From Microcoleus sp. (GTDB lineage: Bacteria > Cyanobacteriota > Cyanobacteriia > Cyanobacteriales > Microcoleaceae), in NCBI GenBank assembly GCA_052279835.1, contig CP181291.1:4608001-4672000 (forward strand): 64,000 nt of DNA, in the 5' to 3' direction. This document shows, in pieces, positions 49,609 to 60,415 of this stretch (positions are counted from its first letter, which is position 1; each line of letters opens with the position of its first letter). The notes beneath the pieces are model-generated. The model saw only the letters and a list, made by a program, of their open reading frames with translations. It did not search any database and was not told the DNA's origin. A program made the translations under genes and the position numbers.

Positions 49609-49654
49609 AAAAACCCCGTTTTTCAATAGGGCTTTCCCTCTATCATTGTCGATA

Positions 49655-51706
49655 TTAAAAACTAAACTGCGTCCGCAAGTTGCCTACAAAAATAGTCGGA
49701 TTGTTGTCAAAATTATTGGCATTACCAATCACATAAAATGCCGGCACAATCGAAATATTGTCCGTAACTGGCAAATAATAATTTGCTTCAATTTCATACT
49801 GAGTACCCCCATTGCCGCCCCCAGAAACCAGAAATTTGCGACCGCCGGTAACGTCGAAGGGTACTAAAAATGACATCGTAAACAAAGCGCCTTTTTTGAT
49901 TAAATCAGGAAACGCTACTCCTAACTGATAAGATTGAGTTTTAATCGTGCCATCAGGTCGATTAGTTCGCGGAAATATATTGGTTTCGCCGTAGCCATAG
50001 CGACCGAACAGACCGAAACGGCGAGTGACAGACCAATCGAAATTGAAACTAAAAGTATTCGCAGTAGCATCGCCAACTTTCCCGCCGAAACCGTCATCTG
50101 CCAAACCATTAATCGGTTTACCAACCGGGGCACCAATTAGTCCGCCTATTTGTCTAATATTGGAACGAGAGTAGAGAAAGCGCAAATTTGCCCGATCGCT
50201 CGGACTAAAGGTTAACTCAACGGTACTCGTATTCGTCGCATTAAACAAGCCTTGAGATGGATTAGAAGCTGAGTTAAATACGGAAGAAGGTAAAAATTCC
50301 ATACTCTCCCCCAAATAACCAAAACCCAGTTTAAATTGGCGACTCAGTTCCCACAACGCCAAAGCACCAGCACCGCGTTTAGTAGCCGTTAACAAGGTGC
50401 TGTTGTTAGAATTAAAGCTACTTGCACCATCCACAAAAAAGTTAAATTTATTGTTGTCAAAGTAGCGATAGAAATTAATTCGGGGACCGATTACTAATTG
50501 CAAGTTGTTAGTAACGGGAAATCGATAGGAAAGTTCTCGCAGGATTACTTCATTAGGATTGCTTCCTGATGTTTGATCCAGAAACGGAGTTCCAAATGTA
50601 TTGAACAAACCCGCAGAAGTAAATTGATTGGCTGGGGAATTGCCATTACCTACTGCTAATTGTGTTATCAACTGGTCTTTGCCAGTAAAAGAAGTATTTA
50701 AAGTCAACCAAACTAACTGACTGAAAGTAACTTCTGGGTTGTCTACTTTCTGCACAATTGGTCTATTTGTAACTGGGTCTCGTCCGGCTGGACGAATCGG
50801 TAAAGCAGCTTTTGTGTCGGTAGTTTCTACTCTAATTTTATCATTGGCCCAAGCTCCCGTCACGTTGAACCAGGCAAATCCACTGAGTTTAGTTGTCGTC
50901 GAAAATTGGTTGGCTTCTAGTTCGGAAGTACGTGCTTCTAAAGCATCAACTCGTCCCCTTAATGTCGCTAATTCGGCGGCAAAGTCTTCTTGCAATTTTT
51001 GGACGGCAAGTAAATCTTCTTTCTTGACTAAATTCGCGGTTGATGTACCAATTTGTTTGGTGATTTGGTCTAAGCAAGCGTTTAATCCCGCAGCAAATTC
51101 GTAGCGAGTCATGGCCCGGTTGCCGCGGAATGTACCATCGGGATATCCCGCAATACAGCCGTATCTTTCTACCAAGGATTGTAAGGCACCAAAAGCCCAG
51201 TCTGTTGGTCGCACGTCAGACAGTTGGGAAACAGATGTGACTTGTGCGGCATCTTGTTGTATACTGAGGTCATCAGCGCTGTTAGTCTCGCTGCTAAGAT
51301 CGGCAACTGCGCCAACTTCAGAAACTTTTTGAGACTGAGGAAAGTTTGTAGTTTCTAACTCTTTTGGGGGCAATTCACCGATTGTCCCCATTATTTTGGG
51401 TTCTATGGTTGTGACTGTCTCTGCTGTCTGTGTTGGTGCTAAAGTGCGATCGACTACCGAGTCAATCTCTGTAATTGTCCCCCTAAGCTGGGATGGTTCA
51501 AACTCAACCGCTTTCTGGGTTTGCTCTGAGGAAATCCCCTGGACGCTACTACTTTCTAGCGCAAGTTCTGGATTTGAGTTATCCTGAACTTGAGCAATTG
51601 TGGCGATCGGACTTAAAGGCACTGCGAGACCAGAAATCAATAAAGACAACCACAAAACTGGAAACGAATTTGTATTGTTCGCCATCACACTCACACCACT
51701 TATCAT
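49655..51706 (-). CDS. Cyanobacterial outer-membrane porin (SLH + OprB-like)
   Basis: VTSVSQLSDV.PTDWAF, TRYEFAAGLNACL, QFSTTTKL, terminal RTQFSF. Confidence 0.93.
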   Translation of the reverse strand: MISGVSVMANNTNSFPVLWLSLLISGLAVPLSPIATIAQVQDNSNPELALESSSVQGISSEQTQKAVEFEPSQLRGTITEIDSVVDRTLAPTQTAETVTTIEPKIMGTIGELPPKELETTNFPQSQKVSEVGAVADLSSETNSADDLSIQQDAAQVTSVSQLSDVRPTDWAFGALQSLVERYGCIAGYPDGTFRGNRAMTRYEFAAGLNACLDQITKQIGTSTANLVKKEDLLAVQKLQEDFAAELATLRGRVDALEARTSELEANQFSTTTKLSGFAWFNVTGAWANDKIRVETTDTKAALPIRPAGRDPVTNRPIVQKVDNPEVTFSQLVWLTLNTSFTGKDQLITQLAVGNGNSPANQFTSAGLFNTFGTPFLDQTSGSNPNEVILRELSYRFPVTNNLQLVIGPRINFYRYFDNNKFNFFVDGASSFNSNNSTLLTATKRGAGALALWELSRQFKLGFGYLGESMEFLPSSVFNSASNPSQGLFNATNTSTVELTFSPSDRANLRFLYSRSNIRQIGGLIGAPVGKPINGLADDGFGGKVGDATANTFSFNFDWSVTRRFGLFGRYGYGETNIFPRTNRPDGTIKTQSYQLGVAFPDLIKKGALFTMSFLVPFDVTGGRKFLVSGGGNGGTQYEIEANYYLPVTDNISIVPAFYVIGNANNFDNNPTIFVGNLRTQFSF

Positions 51707-51807
51707 AAATTTAGAAAGCTTAACTTAACAGGAAATGCGCAATTCCAATGTAGCAATTGATACAAAAACTTTTAAGAAGGAAAGCTGAAACCCTTTGTTT
51801 TACTAAA

Positions 51808-51826
51808 TGATAACCATTAGTTATCA
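51808..51826. promoter_or_regulatory. Possible Fur-family operator upstream of the porin
   Basis: TGATAAC-CATTA-GTTATCA inverted repeat resembling GATAAT arrays. Confidence 0.5.
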
Positions 51827-52163
51827 CCATAAATACGAGAAAACCTCCGACTAAAAAAACCTGATTTTTCAGCAAATTTACGGAATTATAAGTAGAAGGA
51901 AGAAGATCGATGTGAAGAAGACTTATGCAGTCAGCTTTTCGGTCATCCGTATTTTACGTTTAATTAAGTGGATTTACTTAGTAGTATCTTATCCCCTCTA
52001 TGATTGGGCGGTTGAAACCGCTCCTCGACAAACAAAACCCGCCGGGGCGGGTTAAGAAATAAACCGGATTTAGTGTTAGCGAATTTTTTTGTATAAGAAA
52101 GCGAACAATTCTCTCTCTGTGTTCGCTCCCTGTTTCCCGTCTCCCCTAGCTGAAGGAGACTGC

Positions 52164-52523
52164 TCAACATCTGTTAGCAATTCTCGCGCCCACGCCCAAA
52201 TTCCAACTTTGACTAGGAAGGCGGTGGTCTATTTTATGATAGCTGTGGAGGACATCACTAATCCCTGTGTGAATTAAGTTTTCTATATGGATCAACTGTT
52301 CGGAAGAACACCGCACCTGGACGGTTTTATCTGACATCACATCTGAGGATGGGAGCGCAGTATAGGTATTGGGAACGCGACTGAGTACATAAGCAATTAA
52401 ATCCTGTCTCAAGCCAGAAGGTGCAAAAGCTTCTTGGTAGGGATATCGGGGATAAGAATCCAAGATATTTTCCACTTCCTCTGTGACTACGGCTAAGGTA
52501 AGATTGACAAGAGTTTTATTCAT
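52164..52523 (-). CDS. ComFB-family protein
   Basis: NL...V.EEV...YQ.AF...RQDLIAYVLSRVP. Confidence 0.75.
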   Translation of the reverse strand: MNKTLVNLTLAVVTEEVENILDSYPRYPYQEAFAPSGLRQDLIAYVLSRVPNTYTALPSSDVMSDKTVQVRCSSEQLIHIENLIHTGISDVLHSYHKIDHRLPSQSWNLGVGARIANRC

Positions 52524-52781
52524 TTTCCCAGTTCCTAAACACTGATTAACTACTATGCAGCCAAAATTAAGCTTAAATATCCCTGTTATTTCTGAGTCCT
52601 CTAGGAGTTTACAAAAATTTATGTAGTAGCTATTAGCAATCGCTGAGTCTTATAAGTATGTTTGTAACTGCGATCGATATTCCATGGAAGACCTTGGATT
52701 AAACATTATCTGAGGAATGTGAGGAAATTATGAAGAAAATCATTTTGGTGCTACCATGATTCGGGATTTCCAGCCAAATAC

Positions 52782-53156
52782 TTACCACCGGAGAATTTCA
52801 GCCACTTGCTGTGCTAATTTCAAAGGGTCAAAAGGCTTAGCAATCACTCCCGCTACCCCCAAATCAGCAAATTCGCTCAAATCGAGAGCCTGTACCTTCG
52901 CAGTTAGGAAAATCACCGGAATCATCCGAGTAGCCGCATTATTTTGCAACAAACTAAACAAAGTCAGTCCGTCCATATCCGGCATCATCACATCTAGTAG
53001 AATAGCGTCAGGGAGTTGAGTTTCGGCCACAAGCAATCCTTCCTTGCCGTTGCGGGCAATCAGCACCGCCCAACCGCCTAAATGTTCTAAACAGGCCTGA
53101 ATGACGCTACAGAGATTTTTTTCATCATCAATAACTAGAATCTGCTTTGCTGACAT
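52782..53156 (-). CDS. Single-domain response regulator
   Basis: VIDDE, LLDVMMPDMDG, LTAK, KPF. Confidence 0.93.
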   Translation of the reverse strand: MSAKQILVIDDEKNLCSVIQACLEHLGGWAVLIARNGKEGLLVAETQLPDAILLDVMMPDMDGLTLFSLLQNNAATRMIPVIFLTAKVQALDLSEFADLGVAGVIAKPFDPLKLAQQVAEILRW

Positions 53157-53191
53157 AAATTAAGACTCAAAATGTTAAATATACCAAATTT

Positions 53192-56100
53192 TTATTCTCG
53201 CCCGCGTTCCAAGGAGGGTGCAGGGAGTGTGAAATAGAAACTGCTTCCCTCTCCCACAACACTTTCAGCCCAAATTCTGCCACCATGCTGTTGCACGATG
53301 CTGCGACAGATAGCCAAACCCAAACCAGTGCCTCCTTTTTGCCTAGAGTCAGAAGCATCCACCTGTTGAAACCGCCCAAAGATATTCTCTAACTTATCAG
53401 CAGGAATACCCCGCCCTGAATCTTTGACTTGACATAAAACCCGATCGCCCAAATCTTCAACGCTAACAGTTACGGTACTTAGTGCCGGTGAAAATTTAAT
53501 TGCATTGCTAAGTAAATTTACCAGCATCTGAACGATCCTGTCTCGTTCGACCCAAATTTGCGCTGATTTCGATAAAATCGACAAATTAATCTTACTTTCA
53601 TCAGCTAAAGCTTGTATACTTTTCACCGACTCCTGTATCAAATCAGCAACATCATACCACTGCTTATTTAGGGTAACTTGACTGGAATCTAGCCTTTCTA
53701 AGTCGAGAATATCATTTACTAAACGCACTAAGCGTTCGGTATCGTTTTTCGCAATTTCTAACATCTGTTGGGCCGTTTCCGGCTGATTTTTTAGCACTCC
53801 AGCAGCTAGCAAACCCAAGGAGCCGCGAATGGAGGTAAGAGGGGTTCGGAGTTCGTGGCTGACGATGGAAATAAACTCATTTTTCATTTTGTCAATTTCC
53901 TGACTTTCGGTAATATCTATAGCCGAACCGACGTGACCGATTAGTTGACCTTCCTCGGAAATAATAGGGGCTGTTTTTACTCGACAAAAGCGGATTGTGC
54001 CATCGGGGCGGAGGTGACGGAACTGGCAGGCAAATAATTCGCGATCGAGAGATTGCGTCGCCGACCATGATGATAGAATGCGCTTGAGGTCTTCTGGGTG
54101 CACAAACTTCATCCAGCCGTCCCCTAAAGCTTCTGCCAAGGTGAAACCAAAAATAGATTGACAGCGGGGATTAACATAGATAAATTTCCCTTCAGCATCA
54201 ACTTTAAAAATGCCTACGGGAGAACTCTCGCTGAGAGAGCGAAATAAAGCTTCGCTTTGCCGGACTTCTGCTTGAGATTTTTCGAGTTCTAAAGTTCGTT
54301 CCCAAACTCGTATTTCTAACTCTTCGTTGAGTTTTTGGAGGGCGTTTTCAGCTTCTTTTCGTCTGCTAATATCGCGCTGGACAGCCACCCAATGGGTAAA
54401 CCAACCAGTTTCGTCAGCAATGGGAACAATACTCAATTCTACCCAAAATTCTGTGCCATCTTTGTGATAGTTGATTAAGTCTACCCGCACTGGTTGCCAG
54501 TTGCTCAAAGCTGTCCGAATGCGATCTAGAGTTGCCCGGTCTGTTTTTTCTCCTTGCAAAATACGGGGAGTTTTGCCGAAGACTTCTTCTAGAGTATATC
54601 CACTCATCCGTGTAAAGGCTGGATTAACATAAAGAATCCGCGGGCCTGGTTCGTCAATGGGTTCAGCTTCGGTAATTAAAACAGCATCATTAGTGGTGGT
54701 GACAACGGATTCTAGTAGGCGCAATTGTAATTCTTTGGCTTTGCGATCGCTAATTTCTATGACTGTCCCCACCATCCGCACCGCTTCGCCTTCTTCATTG
54801 TAAAAAAATTTGCCCCTCGCCTCAATCCAGTGAATGCTACCATCGGACCAAAGCACCCGGTATTCTTGAACATAATCTTGGCGATCGGTTCTGGCCACAG
54901 CTATACTATTTCTGACATCTGTTAAATCTTCGGGGTGAATGCACTCTGCCCAATTTTTGCAACTTCCGTCAAAAGTTCCGGGTGCTAATCCAAACAACTG
55001 TTCGTGTTCCCGGGACAAAGTAATATGATTATTCTGCAAATCCCAGTCCCAAAAACCCATCTTCGTAGCAGACAAAGCGAGGGTTAATTGCTGATTTATT
55101 CTCCGCAACTCTATTCCGACAAGAGTCACTCTCAATTCTTGGGCGATCGCGATTTCGCACTGCTTCCAAGGTAAAGATTTTAACCTCACAGTTTGTTGCC
55201 ACAATTCAAAGGAATTGCGAGGAGACAAACTGCTAGTAGCAGACTCCGATTCCAGCGTTGAGTTCAGTTTACCCGCCCAGTTGACATTTTGAATTACTTC
55301 AGGACGAAACCACAAAATATAATGCTTTTGCATCTGAGATATCGCCATCACCAACAAACCACTAGCAATTTCTTTAAATTTTTCGGATTTGGGATAGGTT
55401 TTTGGCAAGGAATCTGTATAAAATATATCATTATTTAATTGAGTTTCTACCCAAGTAATTAACTCTTGAACATCGGCCAATTTTGGGGTTTTACCGATGG
55501 GTGTTAAATTTTCCTTGGCACATACAACAGCACCGCTAGCACCTACTAATTCTAGCAACCGTTCTTTATGTTGAAGTAAACCTTCAGCAAAACGGTTCTC
55601 GCGAGAAATATCTTCTGTAAATTCTGCAAAAATTGATTTTAAATAAGCTTCATATTCCCGGTCTTCACTATCTTTTTTTACGCTGAGTTCTAAGGCGATA
55701 ATTTTGGCAAGCTGTTCGCAAGCAGTGCGTACTTCATAGCTGACATATTTTGGTTCTCCGTGGTGACAAGCGATTAATCCCCACAGCTTTTTATCTTTGA
55801 TTATACTCATCGTCAAGCTAGCAGCAACACCCATATTTTTGAGATATTCAATGTGGCAAGGCGACACGCTTCGTAAACTACTAAAACTTAAATCTAGGGG
55901 CTGATGATTCAAGGGATTATCGGCAGGAATTATTTCTACAGGTTGAGAGTAGATATCAGGAATAAACCGAATTAAATTATGGGTGGCGAGGTGTCTTGCT
56001 AGGTGAGGAATATCCGTATCTGGATAGTGCAATCCCAATAAAGGGTTCAAACTGTCTAGTTTGTCTTCGGCCACAACTTCCCCAGCATCTACCGTATCAA

Positions 56101-56614
56101 ACTGATAGATTATCACTCGGTCAAATCCGATAATTTTTCTTGTTTCTTGGGCAACTATCTGATATAAATTTTTTATATCCTGTGCATTTTGAATTTTGAT
56201 TAATGTTTTTTTTATTAAACTAAAAAAGTTAAAAAAGTTTTTATACTCCGTGGATAATCTAGGTTCTAACTCCACAACTAAACAATTATTGGTGCGGTAA
56301 TATTTACCATTAAATACTTGTTTCGTGGTGAGATGTTGGAGGTGTAAAATAATATTAACTGTCGTGTTTGATTTTTCGGAAAAAACGGCGCTCAGAGAAT
56401 CTTTTTTTTGACTTACCACAAATTCATCAAGACATTTACCTAAGATTGCATGGGGGTCTAAATTCAGGACTTCCCCTATATTATTGCTAACTTGTACTAT
56501 TTTCAAAAGGGGTTCTTCTAATACAAAAAGAATGCCGTGAGATTGAATGTAGCCTGGGCTATGAATTGGTGGGTATTCGATATTATAAATACCTAGGTCT
56601 GGGGGAATCATCAT
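53192..56614 (-). CDS. Phytochrome (PAS-GAF-PHY) + 3 PAS + histidine kinase
   Basis: IH.PG.IQ.HG, YPDTDIP, LRSVSPCH, PRNSF; SHELRTPL, NAIKF, GTGLGL. Confidence 0.92.
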   Translation of the reverse strand: MMIPPDLGIYNIEYPPIHSPGYIQSHGILFVLEEPLLKIVQVSNNIGEVLNLDPHAILGKCLDEFVVSQKKDSLSAVFSEKSNTTVNIILHLQHLTTKQVFNGKYYRTNNCLVVELEPRLSTEYKNFFNFFSLIKKTLIKIQNAQDIKNLYQIVAQETRKIIGFDRVIIYQFDTVDAGEVVAEDKLDSLNPLLGLHYPDTDIPHLARHLATHNLIRFIPDIYSQPVEIIPADNPLNHQPLDLSFSSLRSVSPCHIEYLKNMGVAASLTMSIIKDKKLWGLIACHHGEPKYVSYEVRTACEQLAKIIALELSVKKDSEDREYEAYLKSIFAEFTEDISRENRFAEGLLQHKERLLELVGASGAVVCAKENLTPIGKTPKLADVQELITWVETQLNNDIFYTDSLPKTYPKSEKFKEIASGLLVMAISQMQKHYILWFRPEVIQNVNWAGKLNSTLESESATSSLSPRNSFELWQQTVRLKSLPWKQCEIAIAQELRVTLVGIELRRINQQLTLALSATKMGFWDWDLQNNHITLSREHEQLFGLAPGTFDGSCKNWAECIHPEDLTDVRNSIAVARTDRQDYVQEYRVLWSDGSIHWIEARGKFFYNEEGEAVRMVGTVIEISDRKAKELQLRLLESVVTTTNDAVLITEAEPIDEPGPRILYVNPAFTRMSGYTLEEVFGKTPRILQGEKTDRATLDRIRTALSNWQPVRVDLINYHKDGTEFWVELSIVPIADETGWFTHWVAVQRDISRRKEAENALQKLNEELEIRVWERTLELEKSQAEVRQSEALFRSLSESSPVGIFKVDAEGKFIYVNPRCQSIFGFTLAEALGDGWMKFVHPEDLKRILSSWSATQSLDRELFACQFRHLRPDGTIRFCRVKTAPIISEEGQLIGHVGSAIDITESQEIDKMKNEFISIVSHELRTPLTSIRGSLGLLAAGVLKNQPETAQQMLEIAKNDTERLVRLVNDILDLERLDSSQVTLNKQWYDVADLIQESVKSIQALADESKINLSILSKSAQIWVERDRIVQMLVNLLSNAIKFSPALSTVTVSVEDLGDRVLCQVKDSGRGIPADKLENIFGRFQQVDASDSRQKGGTGLGLAICRSIVQQHGGRIWAESVVGEGSSFYFTLPAPSLERGRE

Positions 56615-56619
56615 TTTTT

Positions 56620-56920
56620 TATATGGTTAATGGGTACTCGGTAATCGGTAATTCCTAATCGGTAATTGGTAATGGGTAATCGGTCAGAAATAATCGTCTG
56701 TAGCTAACTAACCAGCTATCGGGAGCATCCCGATTTTGCATAGGCGAAGCATGACCGCAGAGAATTTATTAGTGATAACCAGAGATTTACAGCGGTCATG
56801 CTTCGCCCCTACGAATATATTTGCCAAACACAGATGCACCCTAGCTCTCAAATTACCCATCCTGGAATTACCTATTACTTATTACCCTTCGACTTCGCTC
56901 AGGGCGATGCCTATTACCGA
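56620..56920. repeat. Composite repeat: GGTAAT(C/T) heptamers and their inverse flanking a REP-like hairpin
   Basis: GGCGAAGCATGACCGC...GCGGTCATGCTTCGCC (16-bp perfect inverted repeat) ending in CCTAC. Confidence 0.75.
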
Positions 56921-56979
56921 CAAACCCGCCGTAGCTCATGTTACTGAGACAGGCTATATTTTCACCTAGTTAGCGATGG

Positions 56980-58902
56980 TTAACGTTGGGTGAGTGCCAG
57001 CTTGTATCTAAGTTGAATCCGCTCTAAACGATTGAGAATCCTAGCAATTAATTCTGGTTCTACGATTGGCTTGTTCACGTAATCGTCAGCACCTGCGACA
57101 AACATTTGGCTGACTATTTCTGACTCGGAATGAGCGGTTAAAAATAGCACTGGAAGTTTGCCCCAGCGCAAGTCGTTGCGTACTGCCAAACACAGTTCGA
57201 TACCGTTGTAACCGGGCATCTCTACATCTAAAATTAGCAAATCAGGACAAGTTGTCTCTAGTACCTCCCAGAAATCTTTGGGTTCGTCTAATGTGGTTAG
57301 TTGAAATCCCCAAGGTTGGAGAATAATTTTGATGGCTGCCAGTAGATGTATGTCGTCATCTACCACCATCACCTTAGCTTCTGCTGGGCTAGTCTGGTCA
57401 AGAATCCGATCGACTGCTTTGAGTATATCTGCTGGAGGCATCGATTTGTGTAAAAAGCCCGCAGCTCCCAAACGCGCGACTTCTACCCGATCGCTCAATT
57501 GGTTGTAGTCGCTAAAAACAACTACGGGAATTTCTGGTTTGTGACGGAGGAGTTCGGCTAGGAGAGGACGTCCGTTTTCCTGGCTTCTGGAAAAGTTTAA
57601 ATCCACCAAAATTGCGTCTGGTGGCTGGTTGGCGATCGCGATTTTGGCTGCTTCCCCAGAAAGTGCTACTTCTATGTCAAATTCCCAGGCTGATGCTTCT
57701 ATTTGGAGGCGATCGCTCTGCCAACTATCATCATCCACGATCAGCAATTGACGATGGCTCAAAACGCGATCGACAGGAGCATTCTCAGGTGCTGTTGCTG
57801 GCAAATCGAAGATACGTTGTAGCAAATTAACTAAGGTATTTATCTGCTGTTTAGCCCCTGGTTGAAAGATGTTTTCCGTCTTAAATAAATCTTCGAGCTT
57901 GCGCGCTATTTCCGAACCTTTCGGAATCCCTAAAGTTCCTAAAGAACCAACTAATTTGTGTGCTTGAGCCTGAGCTTGTTGTCGTATTTCGTTGTCCAAA
58001 GTTCCGGTATTCAAATTCGCGATCGCCTGCTCAAATATCTCCATTTTTTCGGGGAAATTTTCTTGGAAATTTGCCCTAATTTCTGCAATCACAGCCCAGA
58101 CTTTTGCTTGATGGGAGTTGAGGTTAACTTCATCGATGGGCGTGGTGGCTTGGCTGGATAAAACTGCTTGACTTTTGGGATTTTCTGTAATTTGTGGATC
58201 TACTTTTGGGAAATCGATATCCTCCGGGAGACTCTTGAGGCGGTAGCCCAACCCGTAGACTGTTTCCACTAAATCCACCATCATCCCGGCTGCTTTCAAC
58301 TTTTGTCGCAAGCCCTTGATGTGAGCGGTAACAGCTTCTTCTTGAGGAAACTCCCCAGGGCACCAAATGCGATCGAGTATGGCACTGCGGCTGAATATGC
58401 GCCGGGGATTTCTCAGAAAAAGTTCTAGCAAATTGTACTCTTTTGGAGTCAAGTGGAGCACTTTTTCTCCATAAGTTACTTCCGCAGTATCCAGATTAAC
58501 TTGCAATTTTTCCCAAGTCAAATTTTGACTCAACAAGTTAGCCTTTCCGCGACGTAACAGAGCCCGAATTCGAGCTAGCAATTCCGGTACATTGAAGGGT
58601 TTAACTACATAATCATCTGCACCAGCTTCTAAACCTTGGACTCGATCCCGACTACTGTCTAAAGCTGTCAGCAATAAAATCGGGATTTGGTAGCCACAGG
58701 AACGTAATTCTCGACACAGACTAATTCCATCGAGTTTCGGAATCATTACATCTAACAGAATTAGGTCGTAATCGTAGATTTGCGCCAATTGCAAGGCTGT
58801 TTCACCGTCTCCTGCGGTGTTGCAAGTATAATTGTGAGCCTCCAGGGAGCGTGTCAGTAAATTGACCGTCATTTTGTCATCGTCTACTATTAGAATTTTC
58901 AT
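56980..58902 (-). CDS. Multi-domain response regulator (REC-wHTH-HPt-REC-REC), RcaC-like architecture
   Basis: OmpR-type N-terminus with ETVYGLGYRL; AHKLVGSLG (HPt); two further receivers. Confidence 0.9.
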   Translation of the reverse strand: MKILIVDDDKMTVNLLTRSLEAHNYTCNTAGDGETALQLAQIYDYDLILLDVMIPKLDGISLCRELRSCGYQIPILLLTALDSSRDRVQGLEAGADDYVVKPFNVPELLARIRALLRRGKANLLSQNLTWEKLQVNLDTAEVTYGEKVLHLTPKEYNLLELFLRNPRRIFSRSAILDRIWCPGEFPQEEAVTAHIKGLRQKLKAAGMMVDLVETVYGLGYRLKSLPEDIDFPKVDPQITENPKSQAVLSSQATTPIDEVNLNSHQAKVWAVIAEIRANFQENFPEKMEIFEQAIANLNTGTLDNEIRQQAQAQAHKLVGSLGTLGIPKGSEIARKLEDLFKTENIFQPGAKQQINTLVNLLQRIFDLPATAPENAPVDRVLSHRQLLIVDDDSWQSDRLQIEASAWEFDIEVALSGEAAKIAIANQPPDAILVDLNFSRSQENGRPLLAELLRHKPEIPVVVFSDYNQLSDRVEVARLGAAGFLHKSMPPADILKAVDRILDQTSPAEAKVMVVDDDIHLLAAIKIILQPWGFQLTTLDEPKDFWEVLETTCPDLLILDVEMPGYNGIELCLAVRNDLRWGKLPVLFLTAHSESEIVSQMFVAGADDYVNKPIVEPELIARILNRLERIQLRYKLALTQR

Positions 58903-59065
58903 AGATTTACAGTTCTCAATCAGGGTAGGTTTTGGTTTTTAATGAGATTATTTTTCGCTATTTAAATACCTTCTATTTGGTGGTAAAACCTGATACTAAA
59001 CTCTTAAAATCACATCAAACAACAGGTAAAAGTCGTCCCATAGAGTTAAAAAAATCAACTCGCAG

Positions 59066-60346
59066 TCATGGCTTTTTGTGTTTGAGTGCCTGTTGAATTT
59101 TTTGAATCAGATATTGCGAGGAGTCTTGCTGCTTAACAATGTGTTCTAACTGAGAAACTGCTACTTCTGCCTGCTGTATTTCTTGAATTAGAGAAGTAGA
59201 TGTTTCATTTTCATGCAAATGTATTTTATTTTTAGATTCAGAATTTCCATCTTTTTCTGAGATAAATTCTTCTAAATCTAACAGAGCCATTTCTGCCCGC
59301 TCAATTTTTTCTGTAACTGATTTAGCCACATTAGCACCAGCTCTGGCCGCCTCTGTCAGTGCTTGAACGCGCAGTTTAAATCTGCTTCCTATTTGCTCCA
59401 TTTGCGTCCCCAATTCAAAAGTTTTACTGGCAAGTCTCGCAATCTCCATACTCACTTGACTCAAACCATTAGGTTGATTTCCCATTTGATTTGTGACTAC
59501 GGCAACCTGTACTGCTAAATGCCTCACTTGTTCGATCGCTTCCCCGATTGTTCTGGAAGTGCGATTAACCGTTTCCAAATCATTAGCTATTGCTTTACCA
59601 ACCCCTAAAATTTTATCTGTATTGTTGCAAATAGCATTAGCGCCCTGAAAAGTAGCCTGAAATGCCACACGACCTTCTGCCGAAATCAACTTGGCAATCT
59701 TCAAAAATTGCTGATTTTGTTGAGAAATTTCTTGAGCTTGTTTGACCAGTGCAGCTTGCTGGGGATTGGGAATATGATGAGATTTTTCTACTTGACGCTG
59801 CCTGGACTCTAACAGTTGACTGTATTCTTGAACTTTGGCCTGTTCTTGTTGAATCTTGGCGATATATTTTTGTCTTTCTAAGCGATATTTGTGAATTATT
59901 TTGTTAGCTTGTGTTAAAATATTAGACTGAGCCATTAGCAAAGTATGGACATCCAGAATGCGGAGATTGCGGTTTTCCATTTCCACAATAATGGGTTCGT
60001 ATACCAGGTCTTTTTGTCGATTGAGAACTGCTTGTACTGCATCGTCTATTTTCCACTTTTCCGACAGCAACAAAGGCGGAATTCTCAGAAAATCTAACAG
60101 GAATCTAATCGGGCGCTCCCCATACAGTTCTACGCGATCGGGAATATTCATTTGCTCTTGAAACTTGACGCGAGAAATCATGCCCAGTACCTGAGAGTTA
60201 TGAGTAATAATAACTCCCGGCAGTTCTGGCTCTTGCCCAAATTTTTGAGCCACGACTTGTCCCAGAGTTGTAGAACTCACTTGGAACTGGTGAGACGGCA
60301 GATGTCCGATTGTGGAATCGGGGGCGAGGTGACTTAGATTGCTCAT
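59066..60346 (-). CDS. CBS-like N-terminal domain + MCP-like coiled-coil protein
   Basis: LPGVII...LGMISR; EQVRHLAVQVAV. Confidence 0.65.
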   Translation of the reverse strand: MSNLSHLAPDSTIGHLPSHQFQVSSTTLGQVVAQKFGQEPELPGVIITHNSQVLGMISRVKFQEQMNIPDRVELYGERPIRFLLDFLRIPPLLLSEKWKIDDAVQAVLNRQKDLVYEPIIVEMENRNLRILDVHTLLMAQSNILTQANKIIHKYRLERQKYIAKIQQEQAKVQEYSQLLESRQRQVEKSHHIPNPQQAALVKQAQEISQQNQQFLKIAKLISAEGRVAFQATFQGANAICNNTDKILGVGKAIANDLETVNRTSRTIGEAIEQVRHLAVQVAVVTNQMGNQPNGLSQVSMEIARLASKTFELGTQMEQIGSRFKLRVQALTEAARAGANVAKSVTEKIERAEMALLDLEEFISEKDGNSESKNKIHLHENETSTSLIQEIQQAEVAVSQLEHIVKQQDSSQYLIQKIQQALKHKKP

Positions 60347-60415
60347 TTACCCTGTAGTGTCAATAAGTAGAAGTTAACAACTTATATATTTACATTATAG
60401 TGACAACTCCCAACC

